A stretch of 64,000 nucleotides of DNA from an uncultured Actinomycetes bacterium (GCA_903828785.1 CAIKNP010000007.1:1629-65628); one strand, 5' to 3'; shown: positions 28,345-37,874, counted from the first letter of the stretch. The notes: a model not told the origin generated them from the sequence alone. Program-made: numbers and translations.

Positions 28345-29264
28345 GACGAAAGCGCCACCGCGACGGCGGCGGCCACGGCGGCATTGGACACCACCAGACT
28401 CTGATTCACGCCTACCGAGGCGCCCGCGGTAAATCGGGCGAACTCGGCGAGGACGATGGGCGTCACCGCCTTGCCACTGGCCCCCACGCGCTCGGCGTGA
28501 TCCAGCGCGGCGCGCAAGGCTTCGTCGTGCAGGGCGGGGTCCAGTTGCTTCTCGGGCGCGATGGGGTTGGCCAGTAACATTCCCGTCGGCGAAATACCGC
28601 GGTGATAGCGAAAGGCCTCGGCGGCCTGATCGGGTCCATCGACCGACCAGTCCAGCGCGAAGCCCGCGTCACTGAGGTAGAAACCCGGGAAGGAAGTGGT
28701 GCGGTAGCCCAGCACGGGAACGCCCAGACTGTCAAGGCGCTCGAGGGTGGCCGCCACGTCGAGGATGGACTTAACGCCGGAGGCCACCACCAAGGTCGAG
28801 GTGCGTGACAGAGCGGTGAGGTCGGCTGATTCGTCGAAGCTGAGTTGTGCGCCACGGTGCACCCCGCCCAGTCCCCCCGTCGCCATCACGTCAATTCCGG
28901 CGCGAGCCGCCAAGGAAATAGTCCCCGCCACGGTGGTCGCTCCGCTCTCCTTACGAGCGAGGGCCACTCCGATATCGCGGGCCGAAAGTTTGGCGGCCCC
29001 GACCCCGGGGTCGCAGAGTTGTTCGAGCTGGTTCGCACTGAGCCCAATCACTACGCGACCCTCGAGCAGGCCGACGGTCGCGGGAACCGCGCCGACCGCG
29101 CGGATGGCGTCTTCGCAGGCGCGCGCGACCTCACGATTCTGCGGGGCCGGCAGTCCGTGCACCACGATGGTGCTCTCGAGGGCCACGACGGGGACTTCGT
29201 GCGCGAGGGCGTACTCGACTTCGTCGGACAAATCGAAGGAGGTGGGGAGGTTACGTAAACTCAT
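28341..29264 (-). CDS. psuG: Pseudouridine-5-prime-phosphate glycosidase
   Basis: 307 aa with VVALESTIVVHGLP, GATTVAGT and GGLGGVHRGA motifs typical of PsuG/IndA. Confidence 0.85.
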   Translation of the reverse strand: MSLRNLPTSFDLSDEVEYALAHEVPVVALESTIVVHGLPAPQNREVARACEDAIRAVGAVPATVGLLEGRVVIGLSANQLEQLCDPGVGAAKLSARDIGVALARKESGATTVAGTISLAARAGIDVMATGGLGGVHRGAQLSFDESADLTALSRTSTLVVASGVKSILDVAATLERLDSLGVPVLGYRTTSFPGFYLSDAGFALDWSVDGPDQAAEAFRYHRGISPTGMLLANPIAPEKQLDPALHDEALRAALDHAERVGASGKAVTPIVLAEFARFTAGASVGVNQSLVVSNAAVAAAVAVALSS

Positions 29265-29281
29265 GGGCGAAGTGTACTGTT

Positions 29282-29701
29282 TTGAACATGACTGAATCAG
29301 CCGTTAACTGGGCCCTGCTTCGAGAATCGGCCATCGCCGCCACCCAACGCTCCTACGCCCCTTATTCCCACGTTTTGGTGGGGGCGGCGGGCGTCAATGA
29401 CCAGGGTGAACTCGTGGTGGGCTCCAACGTCGAAAACGCCAGTTACGGCTTGACCCTCTGCGCCGAATGTTCCCTGACCAGTGATCTCGTTCGCTTGGGC
29501 GGAGGTCGATTGGTCGCCATCAGTATCGTGGCCGGGGACCACCAGCCCATCGCTCCTTGCGGGCGCTGTCGCCAAGTCCTCTTCGAGTTTGGCGGCGCCG
29601 ACTTACTAATCGACCAGGGCCCCGGTGCCGACCCCATTACGCTAAAAGATCTCTTGCCGCAGGCCTTCGGGCCCGCCGACCTCCCCGCGCGACGTTCGTG
29701 A
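29282..29701 (+). CDS. cdd: Cytidine deaminase
   Basis: 139 aa with the zinc ligand motifs CAECS and PCGRCRQ. Confidence 0.9.
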   Translation: MNMTESAVNWALLRESAIAATQRSYAPYSHVLVGAAGVNDQGELVVGSNVENASYGLTLCAECSLTSDLVRLGGGRLVAISIVAGDHQPIAPCGRCRQVLFEFGGADLLIDQGPGADPITLKDLLPQAFGPADLPARRS

Positions 29702-30975
29702 GCCACTCCTTCGTCGACCTCATCATCGCCAAACGCGACGGCCACTCCCTCGACGACGGCGCCATCACTTGGGCCCTCGAGCAGTACGTGGCGGGCCACG
29801 TCCCGGATGAACAGATGTCCGCCTTGCTCATGGCCATTTTGTTTCGTGGGCTGAACGATCAAGAGTTGGGCACCTGGACCGACGCCATGGTGCGCTCGGG
29901 CGAACGACTCGATCTGCGCCAGCTGCGCCGACCCACGGTCGACAAGCACAGCACCGGTGGGGTCGGCGACAAGCTGTCGCTGATCATCACCCCACTGGTT
30001 GCCGCCTTCGGCGCCGCCGTGCCCAAACTGTCCGGGCGAGGTCTCGGTCACACGGGCGGTACCATCGACAAACTCGACGCCATTCCCGGCTGGCGGGCCA
30101 GCATGAGCAACGAGGCCATCGTCGCCCAGCTCGAAAACATCGGGGCGGTGATTTGCGCCGCGGGAGCCAACCTCGCCCCCGCCGACAAGAAGCTCTACGC
30201 CCTGCGGGACGTCACCGGCACCGTAGAGTCCATCCCCCTCATCGCTTCGTCCATCATGAGCAAGAAGATCGCCGGCGGAACCAACGCCCTGGTGCTCGAC
30301 GTCAAGGTGGGCCGGGGCGCCTTCATGAAGGACCTCGATACGGCTCGCCGCTTGGCCGAAACAATGGTGGCCCTGGGATCGCGTTACGGCGTCGCCACCG
30401 TGGCCCACATCACGTCTATGGACCAACCCCTCGGCAGGGCCAGCGGCAACGCACTCGAGGTCATCGAGGCCGTTGAGGTCTTGCGCGGTGGCGGTCCGGC
30501 TGACGTGCGTGAACTCTCCGTCGCCTTCGCCACCACCATGTTGAGCTTGGTGGGTATCAGCGCCGACCCCGCGACCGCTCTGGACGACGGTCGCGCCTAC
30601 GAGGTCTTCTGCGCGATGATCGCGGCGCAGGGTGGTGACCCCGAGGCAAAGCTGCCCATCGGTGAGCAGCGCGACGTCGTCACGGCGCCTCGAGCGGGCT
30701 ACGTCACGCGAGTGGACGCCCTCGAGGTAGGTGTCGCCACGTGGCGTCTCGGTGCGGGCCGGGCCCGTAAGGAAGACGACGTCAGTCCCGGGGCCGGCAC
30801 CATCTGCCTGGTTCGAGAGGGCGACTACGTAGAGGAGGGTCAGGCACTCTTCGAGCTCTTCGCCGACGACGAGCCCCACCTCCTTCGTGGGCGTGGTGTC
30901 CTGGAAAAAGCCTTCGTCCTTGGCGACCAGCCACCGCTCCCCCAAGCCCTCATTCTCGACACGCTGGGCGCCTGA
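29698..30975 (+). CDS. deoA: Thymidine / pyrimidine-nucleoside phosphorylase
   Basis: The GTG start gives a GTGA overlap with the cdd stop. Motifs are DKHSTGGVGDK and SGRGLGHTGGTIDKL. The listed ORF from 29557 runs through cdd in another frame. Confidence 0.9.
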   Translation: MSHSFVDLIIAKRDGHSLDDGAITWALEQYVAGHVPDEQMSALLMAILFRGLNDQELGTWTDAMVRSGERLDLRQLRRPTVDKHSTGGVGDKLSLIITPLVAAFGAAVPKLSGRGLGHTGGTIDKLDAIPGWRASMSNEAIVAQLENIGAVICAAGANLAPADKKLYALRDVTGTVESIPLIASSIMSKKIAGGTNALVLDVKVGRGAFMKDLDTARRLAETMVALGSRYGVATVAHITSMDQPLGRASGNALEVIEAVEVLRGGGPADVRELSVAFATTMLSLVGISADPATALDDGRAYEVFCAMIAAQGGDPEAKLPIGEQRDVVTAPRAGYVTRVDALEVGVATWRLGAGRARKEDDVSPGAGTICLVREGDYVEEGQALFELFADDEPHLLRGRGVLEKAFVLGDQPPLPQALILDTLGA

Positions 30976-30999
30976 GTTCGCATTCACTAACCTACGTTT

Positions 31000-32100
31000 A
31001 TGACTTCCCCCCGACTTTCCCTCGACACCATTCGCCGCGCCCCGAAAGTGCTGCTCCACGACCACCTCGATGGTGGGGTGCGCCCCTCCACCCTCATCGC
31101 CTTCGCGGCCGAATCCGGTTACCACGGGTTGCCCACCAGCGACCCCGACGACCTGGCGCGTTGGTTCGTGGCTGACGCGCCCGGATCTGATCTCGTGCGC
31201 TACCTCGAAGGCTTCGCCCACACCATTGCCTTGATGCAGACCAAGGACCAACTCGAGCGGGTGGCCGCCGAAACAGCCCTCGACCTCGCGCGCGATGGTG
31301 TCGTCTACGCCGAGATCCGCTTCGCCCCGGAACTACACCAGGAAGAGGGCCTCTCGCTCGAAGAAATTCTGGCCGCCGTGCTCGTCGGCTACGACGTCGG
31401 TATGGCCAACGCCGCCGCGGAGGGGCGGCCCATCGTGGTGCGCACGCTCGTGTCAGGCATGCGTCAGGCCAATCGCACCCTCGAGATGGCTGAGCTCGCC
31501 GTGCGCTTCCGCGATCAGGGCGTGTGCGGCTTCGACATTGCCGGACCCGAGGATGGATTCCCCCCGACCAAGCATCTTGACGCCTTTCACTTCATTCAGC
31601 GTAAAAACTTTCACTTAACCGTCCACGCCGGGGAAGCCTTTGGTCTGCCCTCACTCTGGGAAGCCGTTCAATTTTGCGGCGCCGAGCGCCTCGGACACGG
31701 GGTGCGTATCGTCGACGACATCGTGACCAATGACGACGGCTCCCACGAGCTGGGTCGCTTGGCGCAATTCATCAGGGATCGTCGCATTCCCCTCGAACTC
31801 TGCCCCACCTCCAACGTGCACACCGGTGCGGCGCCCTCCATCGCGCAACACCCCATTGAACTGCTTCGGCAGCTGAAGTTCCGGGTGACCCTCAATACCG
31901 ATAACCGCTTGATGAGCGGCATCACTCTCTCCAGCGAGTTCGCGGCCTGCGCCGACGCCTTCGGGTGGACCTTGGACGATATGCAGTGGCTAACCCTGAA
32001 CGCCGCCAAGTCCACCTTCTTCCCCTTCGATCAGCGTCTCGACCTCATCAATACGGTCATCAAGCCTGGCTACCAAGCCTTACGCGACGAGGGAAAGTAG
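31000..32100 (+). CDS. add: Adenosine deaminase
   Basis: It has LLHDHLDGG, HAGE and LNTDNRLMSG motifs. Confidence 0.9.
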   Translation: MTSPRLSLDTIRRAPKVLLHDHLDGGVRPSTLIAFAAESGYHGLPTSDPDDLARWFVADAPGSDLVRYLEGFAHTIALMQTKDQLERVAAETALDLARDGVVYAEIRFAPELHQEEGLSLEEILAAVLVGYDVGMANAAAEGRPIVVRTLVSGMRQANRTLEMAELAVRFRDQGVCGFDIAGPEDGFPPTKHLDAFHFIQRKNFHLTVHAGEAFGLPSLWEAVQFCGAERLGHGVRIVDDIVTNDDGSHELGRLAQFIRDRRIPLELCPTSNVHTGAAPSIAQHPIELLRQLKFRVTLNTDNRLMSGITLSSEFAACADAFGWTLDDMQWLTLNAAKSTFFPFDQRLDLINTVIKPGYQALRDEGK

Positions 32101-33735
32101 TTTTCGTAGGTCGCCTCGAATAGTTTCGACTAGTTCGCTGGCGAGCTGGCGCGACGCACGAAGATCTTCGGCGGGTTCGCGCACCACTTCGATATAGGCC
32201 TTGAGTTTTGGTTCGGTCCCCGAGGGGCGAACCACGACTCGACTCGACTCGCCGAGGTGCCAAATCAAGCCCTCCGTGGGAGGAAGGCCGCGCCAGCCCT
32301 CTTCGAGATCGATGACCTCACGCAGGGCCAGGCCCGCTATTTCACGCGGCGGCCCGGAACGAACCCTTTGCATGACGGCCTCGAGGACTTCGCGACCTCG
32401 CGGCGCTTCAACGCGCAGCGATAACTGGTCACCGGCGTGCACGCCAAACTGAGCTTCGAGATCATCAAGGCGGTCAAAGACCGTTCGACCCTCGACGGCC
32501 AGGGCGAAGGCCAATTGGGCGAAGGCCAACGCGCCCGAGAGTCCGTCCTTGTCGCCCACCACCGCGTCGACGCCGTAGCCGAGGGCTTCCTCGTAACCAA
32601 AGAGCAAGCGGCCGCGGCCGGCAGCCTTGGACACCCACTTGAAACCGGTCAGGGTGTCGACGTAGGGGACCCCCGCCGCGCGGGCCATCGCCGCCAACAT
32701 GGTGGAGGAAACAATGGTGGTGGCCACCACGTCACCGGGCTGCGCCTGGGGCAGGAGGGCGTCACCGAGCAGCCAACCAATTTCGTCGCCGCGCAGTGCG
32801 CGCCACTGGCCCTGTGTATCGTGGGCGGCCACACTCAGCCGGTCGGCGTCGGGGTCGTTGGCCAGAATGATGGCGGCGCCACCTTCGCGCGCCAGAGCGA
32901 AGGCCAGGTCCAGCGCCCCGGGCTCTTCGGGGTTAGGGAAGGCCACCGTGGGGAAGGTGGGGTCCGGCGCCATCTGCTGGCTCACTACCGACACGTTTTG
33001 GTAGCCAGCGTCGGCGAGCAGTCCCGTCACGAAAGCTCCGCCCACCCCGTGAAGGGGGGTGTAGACGATGGGGAACTCGTTCGCGGTCACCGCGAAGCGC
33101 CCCAGCATGTGTTCGCGATAGGAAGAAAGGAGCGCCGCCGAAATGTACTCGTGTTGGCGCTGGTCGCGCGTACCCAGCGCCGGGGTCGTGGCCCTGGCCA
33201 TGGCGGCTTCAACAATGGTGTCGTTCGGCGACACGATTTGGGAGCCGTCGTGGGCGAAGAGCTTAAAGCCGTTGTCGACGGCCGGATTATGGCTGGCCGT
33301 AATCATTATCCCGGCGGCGGCCCCCAGTCGCTTGACCGCGTAGGCCACCAGCGGCGTGGGCAAGGGGCCGGGCATTTCGTAGACGCGCAGGTCGGCGCCC
33401 AGTAGGACGCTCACTACTTCGTCATTGAATCGTTCTGATCCGAGACGCGCGTCACGTCCGACCACCACCCCGAGGTCCGGGTCAAGGCCGAGGTGCGCCA
33501 GCCAGGCAATAACGCCTTGGGTGGCCCGTCGCACGCTGAGTCGATTCATCCCCGCCGGTCCGGCCATTTCGGGACCACGAAGGCCAGCCGTGCCGAAGGT
33601 CAAAACCGGATCAAAGTGGTGACGAAGTTCCGCTTCGTTGTCATCGTCGAGCAACTGCTCGAGCGTGGCGCGGTCTCGCTCGTCGGGGTCGAGGGCGATC
33701 CACGCGCGAACCCGCTGAGCGAATTCGTGGTTCAA
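32080..33735 (-). CDS. Alpha-D-phosphohexomutase-family phospho-sugar mutase (candidate phosphopentomutase by context)
   Basis: It has the active-site loop TASHNPAVDNGFK and the DPDADR metal loop; 551 aa. It has a 4-nt overlap with punA. Confidence 0.8.
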   Translation of the reverse strand: MNHEFAQRVRAWIALDPDERDRATLEQLLDDDNEAELRHHFDPVLTFGTAGLRGPEMAGPAGMNRLSVRRATQGVIAWLAHLGLDPDLGVVVGRDARLGSERFNDEVVSVLLGADLRVYEMPGPLPTPLVAYAVKRLGAAAGIMITASHNPAVDNGFKLFAHDGSQIVSPNDTIVEAAMARATTPALGTRDQRQHEYISAALLSSYREHMLGRFAVTANEFPIVYTPLHGVGGAFVTGLLADAGYQNVSVVSQQMAPDPTFPTVAFPNPEEPGALDLAFALAREGGAAIILANDPDADRLSVAAHDTQGQWRALRGDEIGWLLGDALLPQAQPGDVVATTIVSSTMLAAMARAAGVPYVDTLTGFKWVSKAAGRGRLLFGYEEALGYGVDAVVGDKDGLSGALAFAQLAFALAVEGRTVFDRLDDLEAQFGVHAGDQLSLRVEAPRGREVLEAVMQRVRSGPPREIAGLALREVIDLEEGWRGLPPTEGLIWHLGESSRVVVRPSGTEPKLKAYIEVVREPAEDLRASRQLASELVETIRGDLRKLLSLVA

Positions 33736-34550
33736 AGCACCGGCACCAACTGAGCGAGGAGCGCTCCGAGTGAGGCGGCGGCCTCTTGACCGGCCGCGAG
33801 TACCTCGAGGTGACTTAGGGCCTGCGCGGCGACGCCAGCCGCCAGGTTCGACACCAGGGAAAGACCCAGCACCTCGGCGCCGAGGTGGCGAGCGGCGATG
33901 GCCTCGAGCACGGTCGACATACCGACGAGGGTTCCCCCCATTGTTCGAGCCATGGCAATCTCCGCGGGCGTCTCGTAGTGCGGACCGCGGAAGCCCACGT
34001 AGACGCCCTCGGTCAGCTGCGGAGCGGCTTCGAGAACCCGAGCGCGCAGTGCACGGCTGTAGAGATCGGTGAGGTCCACGAACCGCGAAGCCAGGGGTGC
34101 CGGGGGGTTGTCGCCCTCCATTGGTGAGGTCGCGGTCAGATTGATGTGATCCTTGATGACCACGACGCTGCCGGGGCCGAGTTCTGGATTGATGCCCCCG
34201 CAGGCGTTGGTGAGAAGTACCTGACGAGCGCCGGCCGCAACGAGGGTACGAACCGGATGGGCCACTTGAGCCGCCGTATTGCCCTCGTAGAGGTGGACCC
34301 GCCCCGACAACAGGGCCACCTGCTTGTCACCCACCTTGAGCGAGAGAATTTTTCCGTCGTGTCCGGCCACGGTCGGTGACACGAAACCCGTCAGTGAGCC
34401 CGTCGGCACCACCGAATGCGGCGTACCGAGGGCCCCCGCGCCCTCTCGCCAGCCCGACCCCAGCACGATAGCCAGGTCGTAGTGATCAACGCCCGTGCGA
34501 GCCCGAAGTTCGTCGGCGGCCCATTGGGCTAGGTCGTAAGGAGTAGTCAC
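33732..34550 (-). CDS. punA: Purine nucleoside phosphorylase (trimeric PNP type)
   Basis: It has LLSGRVHLYEG, LTNACGG and GMSTVLEAIAARHLG motifs. Confidence 0.85.
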   Translation of the reverse strand: MTTPYDLAQWAADELRARTGVDHYDLAIVLGSGWREGAGALGTPHSVVPTGSLTGFVSPTVAGHDGKILSLKVGDKQVALLSGRVHLYEGNTAAQVAHPVRTLVAAGARQVLLTNACGGINPELGPGSVVVIKDHINLTATSPMEGDNPPAPLASRFVDLTDLYSRALRARVLEAAPQLTEGVYVGFRGPHYETPAEIAMARTMGGTLVGMSTVLEAIAARHLGAEVLGLSLVSNLAAGVAAQALSHLEVLAAGQEAAASLGALLAQLVPVL

Positions 34551-34551
34551 G

Positions 34552-35400
34552 TCACTGTCCTATCGTGTGCCACACCGTGGAGGTTTCCACGAAGCTTCGT
34601 AAACGTCGAAGGGGGTCACCCTCAAGGGGTCGAGGTCGGTAGACCCGTTTGATTGTTCCCGCGGCCAAGCGAGCCAGCTCGTCGGCCCCCTCGTCGACAC
34701 CGCTCAGGTCGAGACCGTCAACGTCGCCGTGCGTCGCCGCGTGCGGGGCCAACTCGTCAACGAACCCACTCAGCACGTTCACCACGCCCGCGGGGAAGTC
34801 GGAGGTTTCGGTCATCTCGGCTAAGACCATGGCGGGCGTGGGTCGCGTCGTCGAGGTCACGGCGACGACCGTGTTACCCACCGCCAAGGGGGCGAGGACG
34901 CACTCGACGAAACCGAGCAGGGAGTCGTCTTGGGGGGCGAAGACCACCACCACGCCACTGGGGGTTGGCAGCGAGAAATTGAAGAAGGGACCGGCCACGG
35001 GATTGGCCCCACCCAGTACCTGAGTGATCTTGTCCGTCCAACCGGCGTACCAAACGATGCGGTCGATCGCCGCTGACACGGTGGCCTGGGCCGCGTCCCT
35101 CGAGACGCCCTCGCTGGCGCGCACGTGTTCGGCGAGCTCGTCACGACGCTCTTCGGCCATCTCCGCCCAGCGGTAGAGGATTTGTCCTCGGTTGTAGGCG
35201 GTGGCGCTCCACCACTTTCCTTGGGCGGCCCGAGCCGCCACGACGGCGTCCCGCAAGTCCTTGCGCGAGGCCTGCGCGGCGTTGGCCCAGAAGCCTCCCT
35301 GCGCACTCTGCACTTCGTAACTGCGCCCCGATTCTGAACGGGGGAAGGCCCCGTTTATCACGAGTTTGAAGGTCTTTCTAATTTCGAGGCGATCAGACAT
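34552..35400 (-). CDS. Truncated aldehyde-dehydrogenase-like protein lacking the catalytic domain
   Basis: 282 aa from ATG 35400. It aligns by eye with the first roughly 260 residues of the adjacent ALDH (LVINGAF; PLAVGNTVVAV vs PALAAGNTCVLK; PAGVVNVLSG vs PAGVVNIITG). It has no ELGGK or catalytic Cys segment. Confidence 0.7.
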   Translation of the reverse strand: MSDRLEIRKTFKLVINGAFPRSESGRSYEVQSAQGGFWANAAQASRKDLRDAVVAARAAQGKWWSATAYNRGQILYRWAEMAEERRDELAEHVRASEGVSRDAAQATVSAAIDRIVWYAGWTDKITQVLGGANPVAGPFFNFSLPTPSGVVVVFAPQDDSLLGFVECVLAPLAVGNTVVAVTSTTRPTPAMVLAEMTETSDFPAGVVNVLSGFVDELAPHAATHGDVDGLDLSGVDEGADELARLAAGTIKRVYRPRPLEGDPLRRLRSFVETSTVWHTIGQ

Positions 35401-36865
35401 TGAGATACGCCTCCAGTCCGTGGCGACCGCCCTCGCGGCCAAAGCCCGACTCGCGCACCCCACCGAAGGGGCTCGCCGGGTCGAACTTGTTATACGTGTT
35501 CGCCCAAATCACTCCGGCGCGTAGTCGCTGAGCCACCCACAAGGTACGGGAACCCTTTTCGCTCCACACCCCACAGGCCAAGCCGTAGACCGAATTATTG
35601 GCCTTGGCCACGGCTTCTTCGGGGGTACGAAAGGTCAACACCGAAAGTACCGGACCAAAGATTTCGTCGCGGGCAATACGGTGGCTCTGATCAACATTGG
35701 TGAAGACGGTGGGTTTGAACCAGAAACCCTCACTCGGCAAAGTGCAATTGGCGTCGTAGCGCGTAGCGCCCTCACGCTCGCCCCACTCCACGAGCTCTTC
35801 GATACGGGCCAATTGCGCGGCCGAGTTAATCGCCCCCACGTCGGTGTTCTTGTCCATGGGATCACCGACGCGTAACTGGTCGACGCGACGCAGCAAGCGT
35901 CGGGTCACTTCTTCCGCCACCGACTCCTGCACCAGGAGTCGCGAACCGGCGCAACAGACGTGACCCTGATTAAAAAATATGCCATCAATAATGCCCTCAA
36001 CCACTTCGTCAATCGGGGCATCATCAAAAACGATGTTGGCCCCCTTACCCCCAAGTTCGAGGGTCAAGCGCTTGTGGCTGGAGGCCACCCGCTCTTGAAT
36101 CAAACGACCAACATCCGTCGAACCCGTGAAGGCGATTTTGTTGACATCGGGGTGCTGCACCAAGGCACTACCGGTGCTGCCGTCACCAGTAATGATGTTG
36201 ACCACCCCGGCGGGTAATTCAGCCTGTTGGAGGATTTCGGCGAGGATGAGCGCACTCAGTGGCGTGGTTTCCGCGGGCTTGAGGACGCAGGTGTTGCCGG
36301 CGGCTAAGGCGGGAGCTAATTTCCACGCCGCCATCAATAAGGGGAAATTCCAAGGAATGATTTGACCGGCGACACCCAAGGGCTGCGGTGCCGGGCCAAA
36401 GCCGGCGTGTTCGAGCTTGTCCGCCCAGCCGGCGTAATAGAAGAAGTGGGCGGCCGCCAGGGGCACGTCGATGTCGCGCGATTCACGGATGGGCTTACCA
36501 TTGTCGAGAGTCTCGACAACGGCCAGTTCCCGGGACCGCTCTTGAATGAGCCGAGCAATACGGAACAAGTACTTCGCCCGTTCAGCCCCCGTCGTTTTCG
36601 ACCACTGCGTTTCGTAGGCGTGGCGGGCGGCGGCCACCGCGCGGTCGACGTCGGCGTCGCTGGCCTGGGCTACCGTCGCCAGTACGTGGCCCGTGGCGGG
36701 GTTCACGGTGGCGAATTGGGCGTGGTTCTCGGGGGCGGTGAAGGCGCCGTTGATGAAGAGGCCGTAGCTGGACTGCAGGCGAGCAATGGCCGCCGACTCG
36801 GGCGCCGGGTCGTAGGAGAATGACCCCAGGGTGGAAGGTAGGTTCGAGTCCACGTCAGTCTCCAC
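35393..36865 (-). CDS. NAD(P)-dependent aldehyde dehydrogenase
   Basis: 490 aa with catalytic motifs LELGGKGANIV and FFNQGHVCCAGSR. Confidence 0.9.
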   Translation of the reverse strand: METDVDSNLPSTLGSFSYDPAPESAAIARLQSSYGLFINGAFTAPENHAQFATVNPATGHVLATVAQASDADVDRAVAAARHAYETQWSKTTGAERAKYLFRIARLIQERSRELAVVETLDNGKPIRESRDIDVPLAAAHFFYYAGWADKLEHAGFGPAPQPLGVAGQIIPWNFPLLMAAWKLAPALAAGNTCVLKPAETTPLSALILAEILQQAELPAGVVNIITGDGSTGSALVQHPDVNKIAFTGSTDVGRLIQERVASSHKRLTLELGGKGANIVFDDAPIDEVVEGIIDGIFFNQGHVCCAGSRLLVQESVAEEVTRRLLRRVDQLRVGDPMDKNTDVGAINSAAQLARIEELVEWGEREGATRYDANCTLPSEGFWFKPTVFTNVDQSHRIARDEIFGPVLSVLTFRTPEEAVAKANNSVYGLACGVWSEKGSRTLWVAQRLRAGVIWANTYNKFDPASPFGGVRESGFGREGGRHGLEAYLNV

Positions 36866-37868
36866 TCAATTCGTCGGGCCGGATGTAGGCACCGGTGCGC
36901 TGCTTGCGTCGTTGCATCAAGAGATCATTCAGGAGTGATGACGCGCCAAAGCGAAAAGCGTCCGGGTGCAGCCACGCCGAGCCGGCCGTCTCGTTCACCA
37001 CGACCAGGTACTTCAAGGCGTCCTTCGTGCTACGAATCCCGCCGGCCACTTTCACGCCAACGCGCTGCGCGGTGAGTTCGCTGAAGTCACGAACGGCTTC
37101 GAGCATCACCAGCGCCGTAGGCAAAGTGGCGTTCACCGTCACCTTGCCGGTGGAGGTCTTAATAAAGTCGGCGCCCGCCAACATCGCAATCCAGCTGGCG
37201 GCGCGAATGTTGTCGTAGGTGACGAGTTCTCCCGTTTCCAGGATCACCTTGAGATGCGCCGACCCGCAGGCGGCTTTCACGGCGACGATTTCGTCAAATA
37301 CCTGACCCCACCTACCAGAGAGAAAGGCCCCACGGTCGATAACCATGTCGATTTCGTCGGCACCGGCGGCCACTGCTTCGGCCACGTCCAGCAGCTTTAC
37401 CTGGAGCGAGGCCCGACCCGAAGGGAAGGCGGTGGCCACTGACGCGACCGCCACCGGCGAGGAGCCCAAAACAAAACGAGCGTGCGCCACCAGGTCGGGG
37501 TAGACGCAGACGGCGGCTACTGAGGGCGTCGTGGGGTCACTGGCGTCGGGGTACATCGCCTTGGTGCAGAGCGAGCGCACGCGGCCGGGGGTGTCAGCCC
37601 CCTCGAGGGTCGTGAGATCAACCATGGAAATCGCCAAGTCAATCGCCGCGACCTTGCTGGCTTTCTTTAGTGAGCGCGTCGCCAACTTCGCGCTGCGTGC
37701 TTCGACACCAACGGCATCGACGCCACCCAGTCCGCGAATCAGCGAGCGCAGCTCCGCTTCGCTGGCCACGCGCGCGCTACTCGAAGCTAAGCGCTCGCTC
37801 TCCGAGGTCGGTCGCAGCAAGGAAGAACTCACGGTGTTGAGGCTATCAACCAACGCTGCGTGAACCAC
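36855..37868 (-). CDS. deoC: Deoxyribose-phosphate aldolase (long actinobacterial form)
   Basis: It has GADFIKTSTGK (Schiff-base Lys) and GVKVAGGIRS. The N-terminal extension start is uncertain. Confidence 0.85.
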   Translation of the reverse strand: MVHAALVDSLNTVSSSLLRPTSESERLASSSARVASEAELRSLIRGLGGVDAVGVEARSAKLATRSLKKASKVAAIDLAISMVDLTTLEGADTPGRVRSLCTKAMYPDASDPTTPSVAAVCVYPDLVAHARFVLGSSPVAVASVATAFPSGRASLQVKLLDVAEAVAAGADEIDMVIDRGAFLSGRWGQVFDEIVAVKAACGSAHLKVILETGELVTYDNIRAASWIAMLAGADFIKTSTGKVTVNATLPTALVMLEAVRDFSELTAQRVGVKVAGGIRSTKDALKYLVVVNETAGSAWLHPDAFRFGASSLLNDLLMQRRKQRTGAYIRPDELSGD

Positions 37869-37874
37869 GAAGCG

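Noticed and set aside
29443-31251. 602-aa minus-strand ORF, the longest in its region.
   Set aside because: It lies antisense to cdd, deoA and the start of add, all of which have clear catalytic motifs. Its product is G/D/V/H/R-rich with no motifs, as expected for shadow ORFs in GC-rich DNA.
32437-33405. 322-aa plus-strand ORF.
   Set aside because: It is antisense to the phosphomutase gene, which carries the TASHNP active-site loop. It has no motifs of its own.
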